Assembly: GCA_036172245.1 (NCBI GenBank)
Contig: JAYWIR010000020.1
Location: 1,674,001-1,738,000 of the forward strand
Length of the DNA: 64,000 bases
Direction of reading: 5' to 3'
DNA from: Raillietiella orientalis
Lineage: Eukaryota
The translations under genes and the position numbers were made by a program. The notes below the pieces were generated by a model. The model searched no databases, was not told the DNA's origin, and was given only the letters and a program-made list of their open reading frames with translations. Numbering within the stretch: position 1 is the stretch's first letter; every line of letters starts with the position of its first letter. This document shows, piece after piece, positions 1 to 14,132 of the stretch.

Positions 1-3000
1 AACAGAAAGCTCCGAACCCCAGGAAACTGTAGAAAAAGTATAAGAGATAAATGAAGCCAAAGCACAGAGAAAACTAATAGTACCAGCTTGCTTACATTAT
101 TCGAGGAAATGCCTGCTGACATTGTGATCATCCTCAAATCGTGAAACCATGGAATTTCCATGAGCATTTCGTCGTAAAGAGAAACACAAAGCTGCATTGA
201 ATGGTTTCCCTTTTTCCAGTGAGGGAGGCCACTTCAAAAAAAAAAGCAACACTCCTTCGTCGACTGAAAAATGATGCTCCGTCATGCAGGAAGAGTACCA
301 GTTTTCAAAAGTTCTCTCTGGGCGATGTGACGAATAGTCACAATGGTAACAGACGAGACGAATGTTTAGAAACCTTTCGAAAAATGGTGCTCTTTTCCAC
401 AGGATGTATACCGTGCCTTTTTATAATTTCCTAAAGACAATAGGGGATGCATGCATTGGAACCTTCTCGAAAGCACGAGTTCAGGTCAGAACAGAACATG
501 GATATCGTCTCGCCGTGGATTATCTTAAATGGCATTATTGTCACTCGTGAAGCCTTCTTTTTTCCCTTTGTAGCCACTGTTCTTATTTTCTCCCCATTAC
601 GTTCACATGATTCATGCGTCATCATAGCCGTTCTCAACATCCAGCAACAGAAGCTTTTTGCAAGACAGAGATTTGTTTTGTGAGGAAGATTTGTCCAGTC
701 ACTTTTTTAAATAGCATTTCCTGAAGAACAGGCAAACTCATGCAAGTTTCAGCAAATTAGAAATCAGTTCCACAGGATTAAGAATTCCTCTCTGCTAAGT
801 ATACGGGAATCACTAAGGAAGCTGTCTGCTATTCACAAGCTAGAAGACCAGAATGCCAGGATTCTCCATCTCCCATGAGTCTCGAGCATTCCTTAAACTG
901 TATGGAAGATTTGCGAAGCTGCTTGGTCCTAGCATAGGAATTCCGAGAGCCATCGTGCTCCGGGTATCCACGAGCTGTCAAGTGGACGTGGGTGCGCAGC
1001 GAGACTGGTGCATGTATCGAAGAAAAATGATCCAGATCTTCGGACCGGATTTTGCCAGCAGCAGCTGGTGCGTGAGTGTGGTGAAAATGAGCCCCCTTTG
1101 CTGACCTCACTAGCTGGTCTGATGAAGCAACTTCAGGAATAAGCAGAAATGAATGGCACAGCTGCTTATACTAGTCCCCTGAGGATTCTCAGGTCATGGA
1201 AGAGAAAGCGATAAATCTGTCCCTGGCAACAGTGTAGTGCCCTCCAAAGGAATCTGATTTCATCTGCGGAAAATGCCGCCCGAATTCCATATTTATAAAT
1301 TTGCCCAAGAACTAGTGAGCTAAACAGCAGTACAGATGTTGAGAGAACATTCGATATGTACCAGACCTAATACAGTTTGAGTGTTTCCTTAATGGTATTT
1401 TTAGATCTAACTTGCTTTTCAAGAGAAAGGCAGATAGGATGCACATGGTAAGAATCACGAGTCTATGCCAATCCATTAGACACTCTTCCGAACGGATCCA
1501 GAGAAGAGCACTCGCACATCACATCGTTGGTTGTGGAGAACAGAATAAAGCAAAGCAAAAGTTTCGCTCTTGCAGATGAGGGCAATCCGATGCCTACAGC
1601 GGGCAACCAAATCTCTCACTTCGCATCGGTCAGATCCATCACAGATCGCAACATTGAATGTTGATCGGGGAAAAGTAGGGATATGACTTCAAAGCTTTCC
1701 AGACTTGCTTTTCCTGGAGAAGAGTGGCTGTGCTAATTGCCCTTCAGAATCTTTGGTCATAGTTGGTACCAGAAATGTTCTCTTAGCGGACTCCCATATT
1801 CCCTGAAACAGACAATAAACCCAACTGAGTAACCATGGATAAGAATCCAGCTGTGACTCTTATGAATGAGAATAGGAAACAACAGACCACGAACGATTCC
1901 ATTGAGCTACCAAGGAAACAGCAAGCATGAAAAAGCTATTTATTATTTCCCGAATGGACTCTATTGTTTCTGACCGTGGAGATGCTCTCTGTGCGGAACG
2001 GATTTTTTACTCTTACCAGAAGGAGCTGGAAAAATTGAAAATACAGCTGATTATACATTATTATATTTTAAGTTCTTGAATGTATCGTTTGTAAAATGCT
2101 GTTTTCTGTCTTCATGTGCTTAATACGATACAGACATTTATTCTCCTATCTTCGTGGTTTCAAATTATTATGGGTTTCTCCTTGTTGAGTATGTTCTCAT
2201 TCCATTCCCTTCGAATTGCTCCACGTTATGATAGATTGGTAAAGCTGGAACAGCAACTAATCCTTTCAGGTTACCAGGCTTCCACCGTCTGGTAACAAAA
2301 TAGCATAGCACTGAGAATTCTAAATTTGTTTCCTCTATCATTCCGAATATCCTTTTGCTGTGTAGAAATGGCAGAGCTGTAATCTTACAATAGCCACAAT
2401 GGTTTTGAGGAAGCATTTCTAGAGCTCGCTTCCTGTTTCGCTTCTACTGATGCATTCGTTGAACTGAGAACGGCAAATGCAATCTGATTAATAGCTCCAG
2501 ATATCAAATAAATGTCACGATAGATCCTGAATTTAAGTGGAAGTGGTTGTTAAAGTTAGGTTTTGCGGTATCAACCGTCTGATGATACCTCGCATCCTGT
2601 TCAAGTGTCATTGCATTTTTGTGCCGATGTTAGTCTTAAGATGATGATCATAAAGCCTTGGTAGCTTAGTTGAAATAATGTTGATAGCATTTATATTCAA
2701 AAGTGAGAGATCTAGAATTTTCGGTATACGATCACCAGTTATTACCACTTTGTATTGGGATTGTTTTCAGAATAACTGATGTTTAATGCTACCCCTTGAG
2801 AGAGCTTGCTATTTATAAAAATTATTAATTAATAATTCCCACTCATGTTTATGTATGGATCATTATCTGAGTAATGTGGATGTAATAACCTGTACAGCAG
2901 CCATGGAGTAATTCACTGTATGTTGAATATTAAGTTAGATATATGGATTTCGATTTGGTATCACCATGGTAGACAATTGAAACTGACGCTACGCAAGCGC

Positions 3001-3157
3001 TGTAATCAGGTGCGGATAGTTTCGGATATCGGGTGTAATGTATGTGAATTGTAGCGGCATTATGTGATAATCTTTTATGAGAACAGTCAGTTTACATTAG
3101 TTTTGAAATACTGATTAGGAAGGAATGACCTAAAAGTAGCAGGTTACTAAGTTTCTA

Positions 3158-3343
3158 ATGGGTTCGAATCAACGTTATAATCTTCGTTGGAATGACTTCC
3201 ATTCAACATTGGCATCATCGTTTAGTACATTGAGAAATGATTCCGATTTCATAGATGTGACTTTAGCTTGTGATGGACAGAGTTTTGCAGCACATAAAGT
3301 GGTTCTTTCAGCATGTAGTGTATATTTGAAAAAATTATTAAAG
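3158..3343 (+). CDS. BTB-ZF transcription factor (Abrupt-like/Tramtrack-group BTB), common coding exon 1
   Basis: MGSNQRYNLRWNDFHSTLASSFSTLRNDSDFIDVTLACDGQSFAAHKVVLSACSVYLKKLLK is a ttk-type BTB N-half; AAG|GTTAGA donor, phase 0. Confidence 0.95.
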
Positions 3344-4013
3344 GTTAGAATATTTTAGTGTTTACATTTAAATTCTTGAAGTTCTGCATAAAAAAAAGGC
3401 TGTTTTTAAATTGCAGAAATTATCGTGTTGTTTGTTTACAAATGCAGAAAAATATGAGCTCTAATTGGTAGTTTGCTTTTCCGAAAAAATGAATTAAAGT
3501 GTGATGCGTGTTACAATTTTTGATTGATTAGAAGGATACTGCCTGTTTACACTGAAGTAAATAAAAACTGAATGTGTAAATTTCATCACCTGAAATACCT
3601 AATTTGCATCATGAAAAGTAGAAGTTTGCATACTGGTTTCTAATCAGTATGTAAAGTGCATGAATGAATTCTAATTATTGTTAATGAGCTAAAGCTATTG
3701 TTAATGAGTACCCTTGAATGTTTAGATTGTTCCCTATAGGGCCTAGGTTGAACTCATATTGTTTCTAATAACTGTGACCAGCCCATTATAATTTAATCAA
3801 GTTAAATTCAAGAAGACTTTAAGGCAGTATTGGTTGCTAACTACTTTAATAATAGAAACCATTTCCATAATAATTGGAAATGGTTAGTTTGTTAAGTGTA
3901 GTCTCAACAGGAGCTACTCTTAACCTCTGGTGAAACTAGAGATGAACTCTGGCGAGAAAGCAAATAATTTTCAATGATTTTGTTTTTCACATCTGAATGT
4001 GATCATTTTTCAG

Positions 4014-4205
4014 GCTAATCCATGCCAGCATCCAATTGTGATATTACGTGATGTTCGGGCAGGGATACTGAATTCATTGCTACATTTTATGTATCATGGT
4101 GCTGTTGATATCTCACAGAACCAGCTTACTGATTTCCTCCATGCAGCTCAGTTGTTAGAAATCAAAGGATTATCAGAGGACTCTTCTCCAAGTAGAGATC
4201 TACTG
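4014..4205 (+). CDS. BTB-ZF gene common exon 2 (BTB C-half)
   Basis: ttttcag acceptor; ANPCQHPIVILRDV...LLHFMYHGAVDISQNQLTDFLHAAQLLEIKGLS; CTG|GTAAG donor; 192 nt, phase 0. Confidence 0.95.
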
Positions 4206-7200
4206 GTAAGGTTACGAGTTCAAGATTGCTGAGATCTTTGTAGTATTAGGATTTCATCATAGTGCTCCAAAATTAAGACAAGCATGAAGACAGTCATTTG
4301 CCTTGTTATTGTTATTATTTATATTCATACACATAGGTAATCTAGAGTAAAAATCAAAGGTATTGTGTTTGCAGTAAAATGTATATTTTTTTTCCCTACC
4401 TGAACAGTTATTGAAGTTTTTTTTAAGCACCTACTCATTTATGTAGAGAAAATGTTCATCATTGTAAATGTTCATTCATTGTAAATGTAGTATTAAATAT
4501 GTAGATATTAAAATTTGAGTGTTTTTAAGAGAGCAATTTTACTAGTAACTTACACTGACAAACTTTTAAAAAAAATGCGTTGACAATTTTTGATTTTCTG
4601 CAGATACATTGAAAAACTTTGACATGGTTTCTGGGAGAATGAAAAGCTGCGTTTTAGAATTTTTGATTTCACTTAGTTTGGACATGCGGCCATGATTTTG
4701 GCCAGAAAAAACTTGAGAAATATAGAATTGTCAATTGTCTAACAGAATTAAAAGCATGCATAAGAGTTTCAGAGATCTTGGTTATTTAGACAGGTAAATA
4801 ATTTTGAGGAGTTTTCCAAATAATTGCACAGAAGGTGGTGACTTTTAATAATATATATGTTATACATGTTTATTTAAAAGTACAAATTTTTGTTTATAAC
4901 ATTATCTGTCAAAAAAGAGTGGTTTATGATGACACTGATGTGCCATGAAAAAGCATGACATAGATGTCTAAACACCTGTATTGTTCATGTTGTCATTCAT
5001 ACATGTCATTTTTTCTCATTCAATGTTTCCATGGTTTTATGGGAAAGTTATTTGATGGTCTCCTTTAAAACAAAAACAAAAAAAAATGCAGTGAAAGAAT
5101 TTTAGTTCCAAAGATATATGCAGTGGTAGTTTTCCTTGTACAAAAACGGCTTACAGCAAAGAATATAACGGTTTTATAAAGGAAGCATGGAAAACTCAAA
5201 AATTCAGGATGATTTGTTGATAAAGTTCCATGTTCAATAATTAGTAGAATCAGGAATGTAAAGAATTTTAACAGAATCAATTTAGAAAGCAGCTTATGCA
5301 GATAAATGTAGCAAATTATTTAAAAATGAAATCTGATACAGAGGATCAAATATGAGAATGCCAATCATCGTTTATCAAAGTGTTGCATTAATAAAAAATG
5401 ATGAAATCAGATTCATTAAATTTGTTGTATTAGTCATCATTCCAAGAATCTAGAAAATCAAAGTGCAGTTGGCTTGACAAGTTTAGCCACCAAGCAAAAG
5501 TGGATTCAGGTGCTTTTCATTGAACATTAGCATAAGAAGCAACTTGGCCATTAAAAATGAAAGGGAAATTTGCCATTTTTAGCTTTGATTATCAAGGTTT
5601 TATTCTCTTGGGATTTCTAGTTTCCAATTTTGAATTGGGCATTATACGTTCATTTGGATGTTTTGTTTTGTTTTCATTTCATCATTACCACATAATATCC
5701 AGATATGCTTGAGTTTGCAAACCTTCATTTACTTGGTGATCAAGCATTTTAAATTTATAGTACAGAAGTGTTGCATGCAAAATGCTTATAGTTTCTTGAG
5801 TGCACATCTTGCTGAAAAAATGAGTACTTTTTTGAAATTTTTTTGCCCATATGTGTGGGTACGTGTTGTTAAATACGTAAATTAAAGAAGCATGTTTTTC
5901 AAAGCTTTTGTGTTGTTACACAGTACAAGTCACCTTAGTTTTTATATTGGTTTTTCAGCTATGCTCTTGCTTTGTATCATGAAGCTTAAATCAGTGTTCA
6001 TTAAACATTTAATATGAGTCTTTTTCAATTCTTTTATGTTAATCTTTCAAATGTTCTTTCACAATTGAAATGCATGCAGAAATTGTTTGATTTTATCCTT
6101 AATATGGTATTTTTTGTATACAAGTAGCAGATCAAATAGTTTCATTTTTATATTGAGTCTTAATTTTCATTTCACTTTCCACATGTAAGGGTAGTAATAA
6201 TAATTAAATTTGTAGGGTTAAAAGGATTGGCAGTATGTAAAGAAACTGTACGATTTGTTTGAGTGTGTTATTAAATTCCTCCAAATTTACCATCATTACA
6301 TGTATCAGAATCTTTGGTTCACCTACAAATTTATAGAGCATTCATGATTTCTCCCCAGAATTGGTATGATGCAGGGGAGCGAATTAGAATTTTAGAGCAA
6401 AGAAGAAAGTATTACAAATATTAATAACCAGATACATCAGCTCCACTTTGTAAATTGGACACAGTCTGTTTAATATAGATGATTCTACACTTTATTAACA
6501 CTATAAGTGATAGTCAAAAATGGGAATATCGCACAGGCTGATCGGCAATGCTAAATTGAGGGATTGATCCCTATTTAGATTGAGTCACTTTTTGTAAATA
6601 ACTGTAAGTTTGAAGGTTAATTCTGTGAGCCACTAGAAAGAAATATAGGTGTTGAAGATGCATGATACAAGGAAGGTAGTAACTATTGAAAGGACTGCAA
6701 AACTTTAAGAATATTTAATAATTGCGTGATACCAATGTATTACCAATGTATTGTTCATTACTGAAAATTTGTTTTTGAGACTCTTTGTTCTTAGAAAGTA
6801 TTTTAAAGAAACATCTTCACTAGATGATCATATGTACAGTTCAAGGAAGCACAATACACTTATAAAACAAGAGTTCATGAGTATTCTCAACGAAATCAGC
6901 TTATGATTATTTCTTTGAGATTATGTTTTGGTAATTCATATTTAAAGTAAAAAATATTCATTTTCTTATTTCCATATAATGCAGACTAATTTTTAATGAG
7001 ATTTACACAATAGTGTATTGCATTATCCAAATCTTCTGATTGCAATATACGAGTATTACGCGAAAGGTTATTTAATAATTAATGAAAATGTAATTTTTGA
7101 AGTTTCAGGGATGAAAATTTTGTAACTATGTTTCGGAGATGAAAGTATATATTGAAAAGGGAATTTTAAACTGAACACAATAACATCGATGTTGCCAATA

Positions 7201-7356
7201 ATAAGTCTCAAATTTTTATTTCGATGTTACATAAATGCATAATGAAAAGAGCCTGAACAGATAATTTTTTGCTATGTGTTGTGTTTAGGATCTTGTTTAA
7301 TGTGAACGTTATACCTAATCCAATGATTGATTTACTTACTCTAATTTACTTTTTAG

Positions 7357-7954
7357 AATTCTAGCTGTCCAAACATTCACATACCAACCAGCCATAGTAC
7401 TGCATCTGTTAATTTACCCACTTCCCTATCTGCTGAATGTGCTTCTAGTCCTCCTCCTAAAAAGCAAAGACCAGTAACTCATCGTATATCATCAGAAAGT
7501 AGTTCGACTTTTCAATTGGGAAGTGGTGCATATAAGAGCAGTAGCTTGCCCTCAGAAATTGGGAAGACTGCATTAAGTGAAACCAACGATAAAGAAGAAA
7601 TAATCAGTGATCTCCATTCGGTTGTTGGTTCTTTGAAAGTTGGTCATACTCAGAGTGTGCAAAGTGGAGAACTTACAATTGCTAGGATTTCTAAACCCCT
7701 GGATGTTCAGGAAGACTCTTCCTCAACTCAGGAAAATCTGCAGTGTCCTGATAAAGGATTATCCAGTACAAATCAAAGTCAGCTTGAATCCAAAGACTTT
7801 AAAGAAGAATTTGAGTTGGATTATTCCGTTAATGCATTTCCCATGAAGCAAGAACCCTTTGATGGAGATACAGCAACTTCTTTTGAAGAGGAAGAAATGA
7901 TAGTGTCACATAGTCCTAAATCTGAAACTGTGATATCTGGATATTCTGATATTG
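7357..7954 (+). CDS. BTB-ZF gene common exon 3 (S/P/E-rich linker)
   Basis: ttttag acceptor in frame with ORF 7516-7959; contains PPPKKQR (NLS-like) and MKQEP (SUMO-consensus-like); ATTG|GTTAGT donor, phase 1. Confidence 0.85.
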
Positions 7955-10298
7955 GTTAGTGCTATTTTATTAATATTATTGTGCTATTTTTTGATTGATA
8001 TGGCTCTAGAAATTTAATAATAATTTGATAATCTAAAGTAAGTGAAAATCTCAACTGGGGATTTATTTTTGATGTCTATTTAAAGATTGAGCTTGTACTG
8101 ATTGTAATATTGTCAATCCTATTATAAAGATAATAATTGTACGTAAGATAGCATGCAGAATTCTTCATGCTATCTTCCAAAAAGTAATTGTATTGTATAT
8201 GCTTACACCAAATGTTATTTAGTTTGCATTTAACACATTTAAACCAGTGATGACCATATTAGATGCAAACTGTTTGAATAATGATAAAATGGATCAGTTT
8301 TGATCAGTTATGGCACTGATACTTTTTATTGCATCATTGCTTGGTAAAGGTGTGGTGTTCAGTTTCCTGTAAATTAAGAAATTATTTATATCTGAAAGCA
8401 TTTAAGAGTGCCTCATCTACAAACTGAAGGCATTAAAAAAAAGAAAGTGCATCTTTTAGTGGTGTAAAAGCACCTGCTGATTGTCTTTCTTTTTTCGTCC
8501 TTGAAGAATTTTCCAAGCTGGAATGAACAAATGATTAAGTAAGAAGAAATTCCAGGCATGAATATTCATGAAATTAATAAAACAAAATTCCATTTTTTCA
8601 TAATTACATTTACCCATGCAATCATTAACCACACAGTTTGCACTGTCGTTTGTAGCAGTGTATGTATACTTGACTCCTTCTGTCAGTGATTGTTCATGAT
8701 GCTTTGCTACAGAATGCTTGGTACTTGACAAATTTTTCGTTTTTTATTTTCTAGTTAGGCATAAAGTATGCTTACTTCACTTAAATGAATCAAGTACTAA
8801 TTAACGCCTTTCTGCATTAATTCTAACCAATTAATGTTGGGGCTCAGTCATGAAAAAAAAAAAAAAAGCCATAGGAATGTATTCATTTAATGCAGTCAGT
8901 GTTAACTCCGAATCATTTGAATTGACCAAAAACTTTATTCGGAAATATGCTGTCACTTAGAGAAAAAAATAATGCTGAAAAATGTAAAGTTGTGTGTTCA
9001 AAGGAACTGTGCTACTGGTGCTATTATGATATACAGAAGAATATGATGTAAGCATTTGCTTATGAATGGGAATCAGCATGAGTTTTTTTAATACTAGTAT
9101 TGAGTTTTCTGTTTGCATTACGAACTTAAATGAACATATAATATGATGAAGAATTTAATGTGTTTCCAAGTTGAAATATAGAAATCATTCCTAATTTCAT
9201 GAAAATTGAAGATACATCACTTCAGTGCATCTTATAACAGAATTAAAGTTAAAAATCGTAAAATGATGGCCAAAAAAATTAAAAAAAAGGAGCTCAGCAG
9301 CTCGGATCCAGTTTGGTGGTGAATGAGCATTTTGTGGAATGCTAGTGCTTGCTGTAAATTAATGATACGCATTTATCAGAAACTTGATGAAATGCATGGT
9401 GAATTTCAAAAATGCCTGAAAATTTGGGAATTGGTTTGGTATTGCATATGACCAAGCCCACCACTTTGAGTGCCTAATTTCCAGGTTTTGTAAATGCATA
9501 TCATTGATAATTCATTCTGGTAAATTGATGAGATATCGAATCCTTTTATAGGAATCGATTTGAGAATGTGTTATTTCTTTTGGTCAGGTGAATTTTGCTC
9601 TGTTTACTAATCAACTCAAAAAATTCAACATATGAATGGATCATACTGTTGATTGATTCCGTGACTATATAAATAGAGGAAGTTGCATTTTTAATGCCAT
9701 CTCACTTAGTTGAAATGCAAAAAGGAAGTGGAAAGTGCACTTGCATGTTTTTGTGAATTGATTGTGGAGAAGTATTTCTTTGTGCAAATTCGGCCTAGAA
9801 AAAAAAAATGGCAATTTTTTTCTAGTTTACATGAGCAATTATCGTATTTGTTTGGTTTTAATGAATTAACTTGATGTGAATGACCTCAGTTTATGCAAAG
9901 TGAATGTTTCATGGTATACAAGCTTTCACATAGGTATTTTTTTATGAAATCTTTTTTAAAAAGTTGCTGTTTAGTCATTACAAATGAGTTTGAAGGATTT
10001 AGTTCCGAATTCTCATGGGAAATCGGCAATGATTCCAAACTAATGTAAGCGGAAAAGAATTTTATGGAAATGCTTAATGTTAAAGATTCATTTTTCCAAG
10101 ACTGTCATTTAAATTTGGGGTCAAGATTGAGATTTGTTTTCTGGACACAAAGTTCCTTGAAACAGAACAGTGATACTGAAGGTGACTGTTACATTTTATG
10201 CTCGGTGTATCTTGAGTATTTGCCCTTCTTTTTCCTTCATTTTAGATGTTTTTTTTTTTTTTTTTTTTAACGAGCCTGCTAAATTGCTAATTTTCTAG

Positions 10299-10367
10299 GA
10301 GTTTCTGATCCAAATGCTGGAAGTCCGGATGTGAATAGTTTTCCTGGAACATCAGGAACAAATCAAG
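10299..10367 (+). CDS. BTB-ZF gene common exon 4 (last shared exon)
   Basis: ttttctag|GA...CAAG|GTAAGA; 69 nt, phase 1 to phase 1; encodes GVSDPNAGSPDVNSFPGTSGTNQ. Confidence 0.85.
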
Positions 10368-11074
10368 GTAAGAATATTTGCAGCTTATCCGTTAAATGGA
10401 TTGCAAGATTATTCGAATGCTAAGTTTTTTCTAAACAAATTTGGACATTCTTGCAATTGGCACTGAATTTGTAAAATATTCGATCGTCTCTATCAGGGTA
10501 ATATGTAAATAATCAAGTTATTTTATGATTTATCAGATCTGTGTGCTAACTTTATTATTTTTTCGTTGGTCTTTATGATCAAGTGCTTTTCTAAATACTT
10601 TTCTTTTTTGTTCTATTGACATTTTTATTGGATAATAGAGTAATAGAATTTTGAAAGTTCATTAAATCAGCACATAAGCATTATGACTTTCCAAGCATCG
10701 TAAATATCACTCGCATTAGAAGAGTTCCTTATACTATCAGTCAAGCTTGCATCTTCATATTCTTCGGTGTATTTTGTGATGCTTACGATAGATACCCGAT
10801 TCATAACATTGCAGGTAGATTTAAAAATTTGCAATGCAAATTAATGATGGTTACACAAAGGGTTTTAAAGTATTGATAGCGATAATGTGGGATTAAAATC
10901 ATTTGTCTTCTTTATTGCATTCATTAATGTTGTCATTGCTTAATTAATTTACTATAGTTTTTGTAATGCCTAACTTATGTGGAAGAATACTGTAATGGCA
11001 AATATCTAAAACAGATCACATTTCCGATCCAGTAAATATTCATATTTTTTAAAACTTGGCATTTTTCCATCTAG

Positions 11075-11322
11075 CTGTTCCAAGAGGAACAAGTACCAGC
11101 AGAGATCCACAAACATGTCCTTATTGTAAGAAAAATTTTTCTACACGTGGCAATCTCAATCTCCATATAAGAAATGTGCATCTGTTTATTGATGAACAAA
11201 ATTGGGTGTCATGTTCCTACTGCCCCAAAAAGTTTAAGACTAAGGAAAGATTGACAGTACATCAGTATTATGCTCATAATGTTCGTATTCGTCAACCCCG
11301 TTCTCATATGGGAATGAAATGA
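11075..11322 (+). CDS. alternative terminal C2H2 zinc-finger exon Z1
   Basis: ccatctag acceptor, phase 1; CPYC..F..L.LH...VH / CSYC..F..L.VH...AH; stop; AATAAA 11410. Confidence 0.9.
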
Positions 11323-11621
11323 GCACCAGTGATTTTGAAGTAATAGTTCTATTTGCATTCTTCTACACAAATTACATTGCTTAAATATTTACTTTTTGCT
11401 AAAACTGGAAATAAATAAATGAGATGGCGATACATATCTCTGGACATGGGTGGGAATTGAAATACATTTATATAATTGTCTATCTATTTTCAAGTATTTT
11501 AATAAGTTTTGCATCACATTTTTTTCATTGTGTGGACAACTTTTGAGAATTAGTGTTTAAAAAATAAAAGAGATAAATGGTTTGGTAGTTTTTAAGATAC
11601 TCCAATATGTTTCATTTTCAG

Positions 11622-11893
11622 TATATTGGTTTGGTGAAGGATTTAAAGCAAGTGATGCCAATGAGCAGAAAAAATTTTGTTGTTTGCAATGTGGAAAAAG
11701 ATTTCAGCTAAAGCATCATTTGAAGACTCACAATGAAATTGTCCATGTTACTAAGCCTTATGATGAATGGCAGCAGTGTTACGTTTGTCCTCGAAAATTT
11801 AAAGCTAAACATCAGTTGACAGTGCACTTAAATCAAACTCATCATATTATGTTACGTCAGTTTGCACATTCAAAACAGAATGTTTCTTTCTGA
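11622..11893 (+). CDS. alternative terminal zinc-finger exon Z2
   Basis: ttttcag acceptor, phase 1; CLQCGKRFQLKHHLKTHNEIVH / CYVCPRKFKAKHQLTVHLNQTH; AATAAA 12269. Confidence 0.9.
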
Positions 11894-12153
11894 AGTTGTT
11901 AACCATTGATTTCAAGAATTTCCACAACAGCTACAGAGTATTGAGTGAATCACACTGTATGAATTGAAACAAGTATACAGTTTCTGGTGGATTTTACTGA
12001 ATGGAACTGGCGAATATTTCTAGTTTTGTGAATATCGGATATATGTGAATCTTTTATTCAGTGGTTTTCTAAGCATGCAAGCTGTGTGTGTTTATTTTGC
12101 TTTAAACTCGTTAACGAGTATCATCTTTAAAGGGTATTTGGAATGCTTTACTT

Positions 12154-12186
<33 letters not shown>

Positions 12187-12350
12187 TTGGATACTAGATT
12201 GTAAGCTCCTCGATGATTGTGTTCTTGTTGTTTGTTCCACGTGTAGAAATCTTGGATACATATATAAGAATAAATTTTTTTTAAATCACTTTTGAAATTC
12301 CGAATTTATTCCCTACGATTGCCGACTAGAGATTTCTATTGTACTTGCAG

Positions 12351-12583
12351 ATAATCTAGCACACAGCTCATTGCAGTGCCCTCAGTGTGGAAAGTTAGTT
12401 CGTGGGAAAACTGTGTTAAAAAACCACATAAAGCACGTTCATTTATTAAAGTATATCGAGGACTGGAACTTTGTCTGCTCAGTGTGTTCAAAAAAATTCC
12501 CTTCGAAAGAAAGACTTTCATCACATGAAATTAAGAAACATGGGATGTACAAGCGAAAGTTTTTTACATGTACAAAATACTAA
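12351..12583 (+). CDS. alternative terminal zinc-finger exon Z3
   Basis: cttgcag acceptor, phase 1; CPQCGKLVRGKTVLKNHIKHVH / CSVCSKKFPSKERLSSHEIKKH; AATAAA 12726. Confidence 0.9.
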
Positions 12584-12775
12584 GATCTGAGTCCATTATA
12601 AAGTGTTGGTGCGTCGTTATGTTTCAGTTATTAAACCTTTTTACAGACATAACGTAACGTTATTTTCGTTCCAAGTAAAAAAAAAAAAAAAAAAAAAAAA
12701 ATGCTTTCGTTTTCAAATTATATGCAATAAATATTATTTTTAATGAGAAGGGTTAAAAAGTAGTTTTAATTCCAG

Positions 12776-13053
12776 GGTTTCAACAAAAGAATGAATATGT
12801 AACAAGAACAGATTTTAGCAGGTCTTGCACAATCTGTGGCCTGACCTTTTCATCACGTGGTAACTTAAAACACCATGAAGAGAATATTCATTTTCTTAAA
12901 CCTGAAACTGAATGGGATCGATGTAGTGAATGCAGTAAATCATTTCAGTCAAGACAAAGACTGCTTATCCATTTGGCTCGTGTACATAACATTTACCAGA
13001 GGAAGTGTACGCCCCAGATGTTTTTGAAATCGCGTCGTTCAGTGTTCTCATAG
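12776..13053 (+). CDS. alternative terminal zinc-finger exon Z4 (absent from the ORF track)
   Basis: ttccag acceptor, phase 1; hand translation GFQQKNEYVTRTDFSRSCTICGLTFSSRGNLKHHEENIHFLKPETEWDRCSECSKSFQSRQRLLIHLARVHNIYQRKCTPQMFLKSRRSVFS*; AATAAA 13227. Confidence 0.9.
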
Positions 13054-13289
13054 CAAAGTAGTCAGTTTTACTAAGAATTTTCTTTTTACCTTTTTTTTTT
13101 TTTTTTTTTTCTTCCCCTTCTTCCAGCGCTTTGTGTAATAATTTATGCATAAATTCATGATTTGAAAGTACGTGAAATCTCGTTCCTTATTTTCAAGTGT
13201 GATATATTGTTTTGCATTCAAATCAGAATAAAGTTTCCAATGATACTTATCTGAATAGATGTAGAGTTTGAATTTCGCCCTTTTTTTAG

Positions 13290-13567
13290 GTCTCTTAGGA
13301 TTACAAGCTATCGAACTCCAAGCATCCACAATACCGAGGGCGTTTCTATGTATTTATTGTGGAAAGAGTTTTAAAAGGAACCAGCATTTAAGGGAACATA
13401 TACAAAGTATCCATTTGGAAAAACCGATTCAAGATTGGGACTCGTGCAATATTTGTGAAAAGAAATTTAAAACGAGGCAGCGCTTATTAATTCACCGTGT
13501 TCAGTGTCATCGTGTGTATCAGAGAAAGAAGGAAGCAAGTACATACAAGTTCTCAAAGCATGACTAG
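13290..13567 (+). CDS. alternative terminal zinc-finger exon Z5
   Basis: tttttttag acceptor, phase 1 (second in-frame AG gives a start at 13299); CIYCGKSFKRNQHLREHIQSIH / CNICEKKFKTRQRLLIHRVQCH; AATAAA 13613. Confidence 0.9.
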
Positions 13568-13872
13568 AAAACCTACTCAACCATATATTTTGTGTTGAAT
13601 GCCCTATAGAATAATAAACCACGTTTATGTATAGCCAATAAGTCTAGAGTTAATAAAGTATTCTCATGGTCGTGATGATCATGCTCTCTGTTTTTAGAAT
13701 TAGGAGTAACTTTTTATAGTAGCTGATTGCCTCGTGCACTGTTGTACAAAGTATATAATTATAAATAAAACGAAGACCGTGGTGGAGTCTTGTTGACTGT
13801 ATTATATTTGAAAGCATTAAGTCAGGAAATCAGGATGACATGTTTGTAACAGCAATTATAACATCTTTTCAG

Positions 13873-14132
13873 AAATGAGAGGTTCGGATTTTAAGCCCAA
13901 ATACAGCTGTCCTCACTGCCGTAGATGGTACTCTTCACGAACTAGCGTTCTCACGCACATAAAAAATTTACATATGGAGATCCCCGAGCACTGTTGGGTG
14001 AAGTGTACATTTTGTATGCAGCAATTCAAAACGAAACAGCTACTTGGAGTTCATGTCAATAGGAAACACAACTTTTTCGTGAAAAAAGCAAGATCAAAGG
14101 TTGCGGAAAATGTTGTCAATAATAATGTGTAA
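13873..14132 (+). CDS. alternative terminal zinc-finger exon Z6
   Basis: cttttcag acceptor, phase 1; CPHCRRWYSSRTSVLTHIKNLH / CTFCMQQFKTKQLLGVHVNRKH; AATAAA 14172. Confidence 0.9.

Noticed and set aside
97..2450. Short ORFs upstream of the BTB gene
   Set aside because: No recognisable motifs or consistent splice structure; possibly old repeat debris.
8145..8176. 32-bp near-perfect palindrome AAGATAGCATGCAGAATTCTTCATGCTATCTT in intron 3
   Set aside because: Isolated and short, with no further evidence of function.
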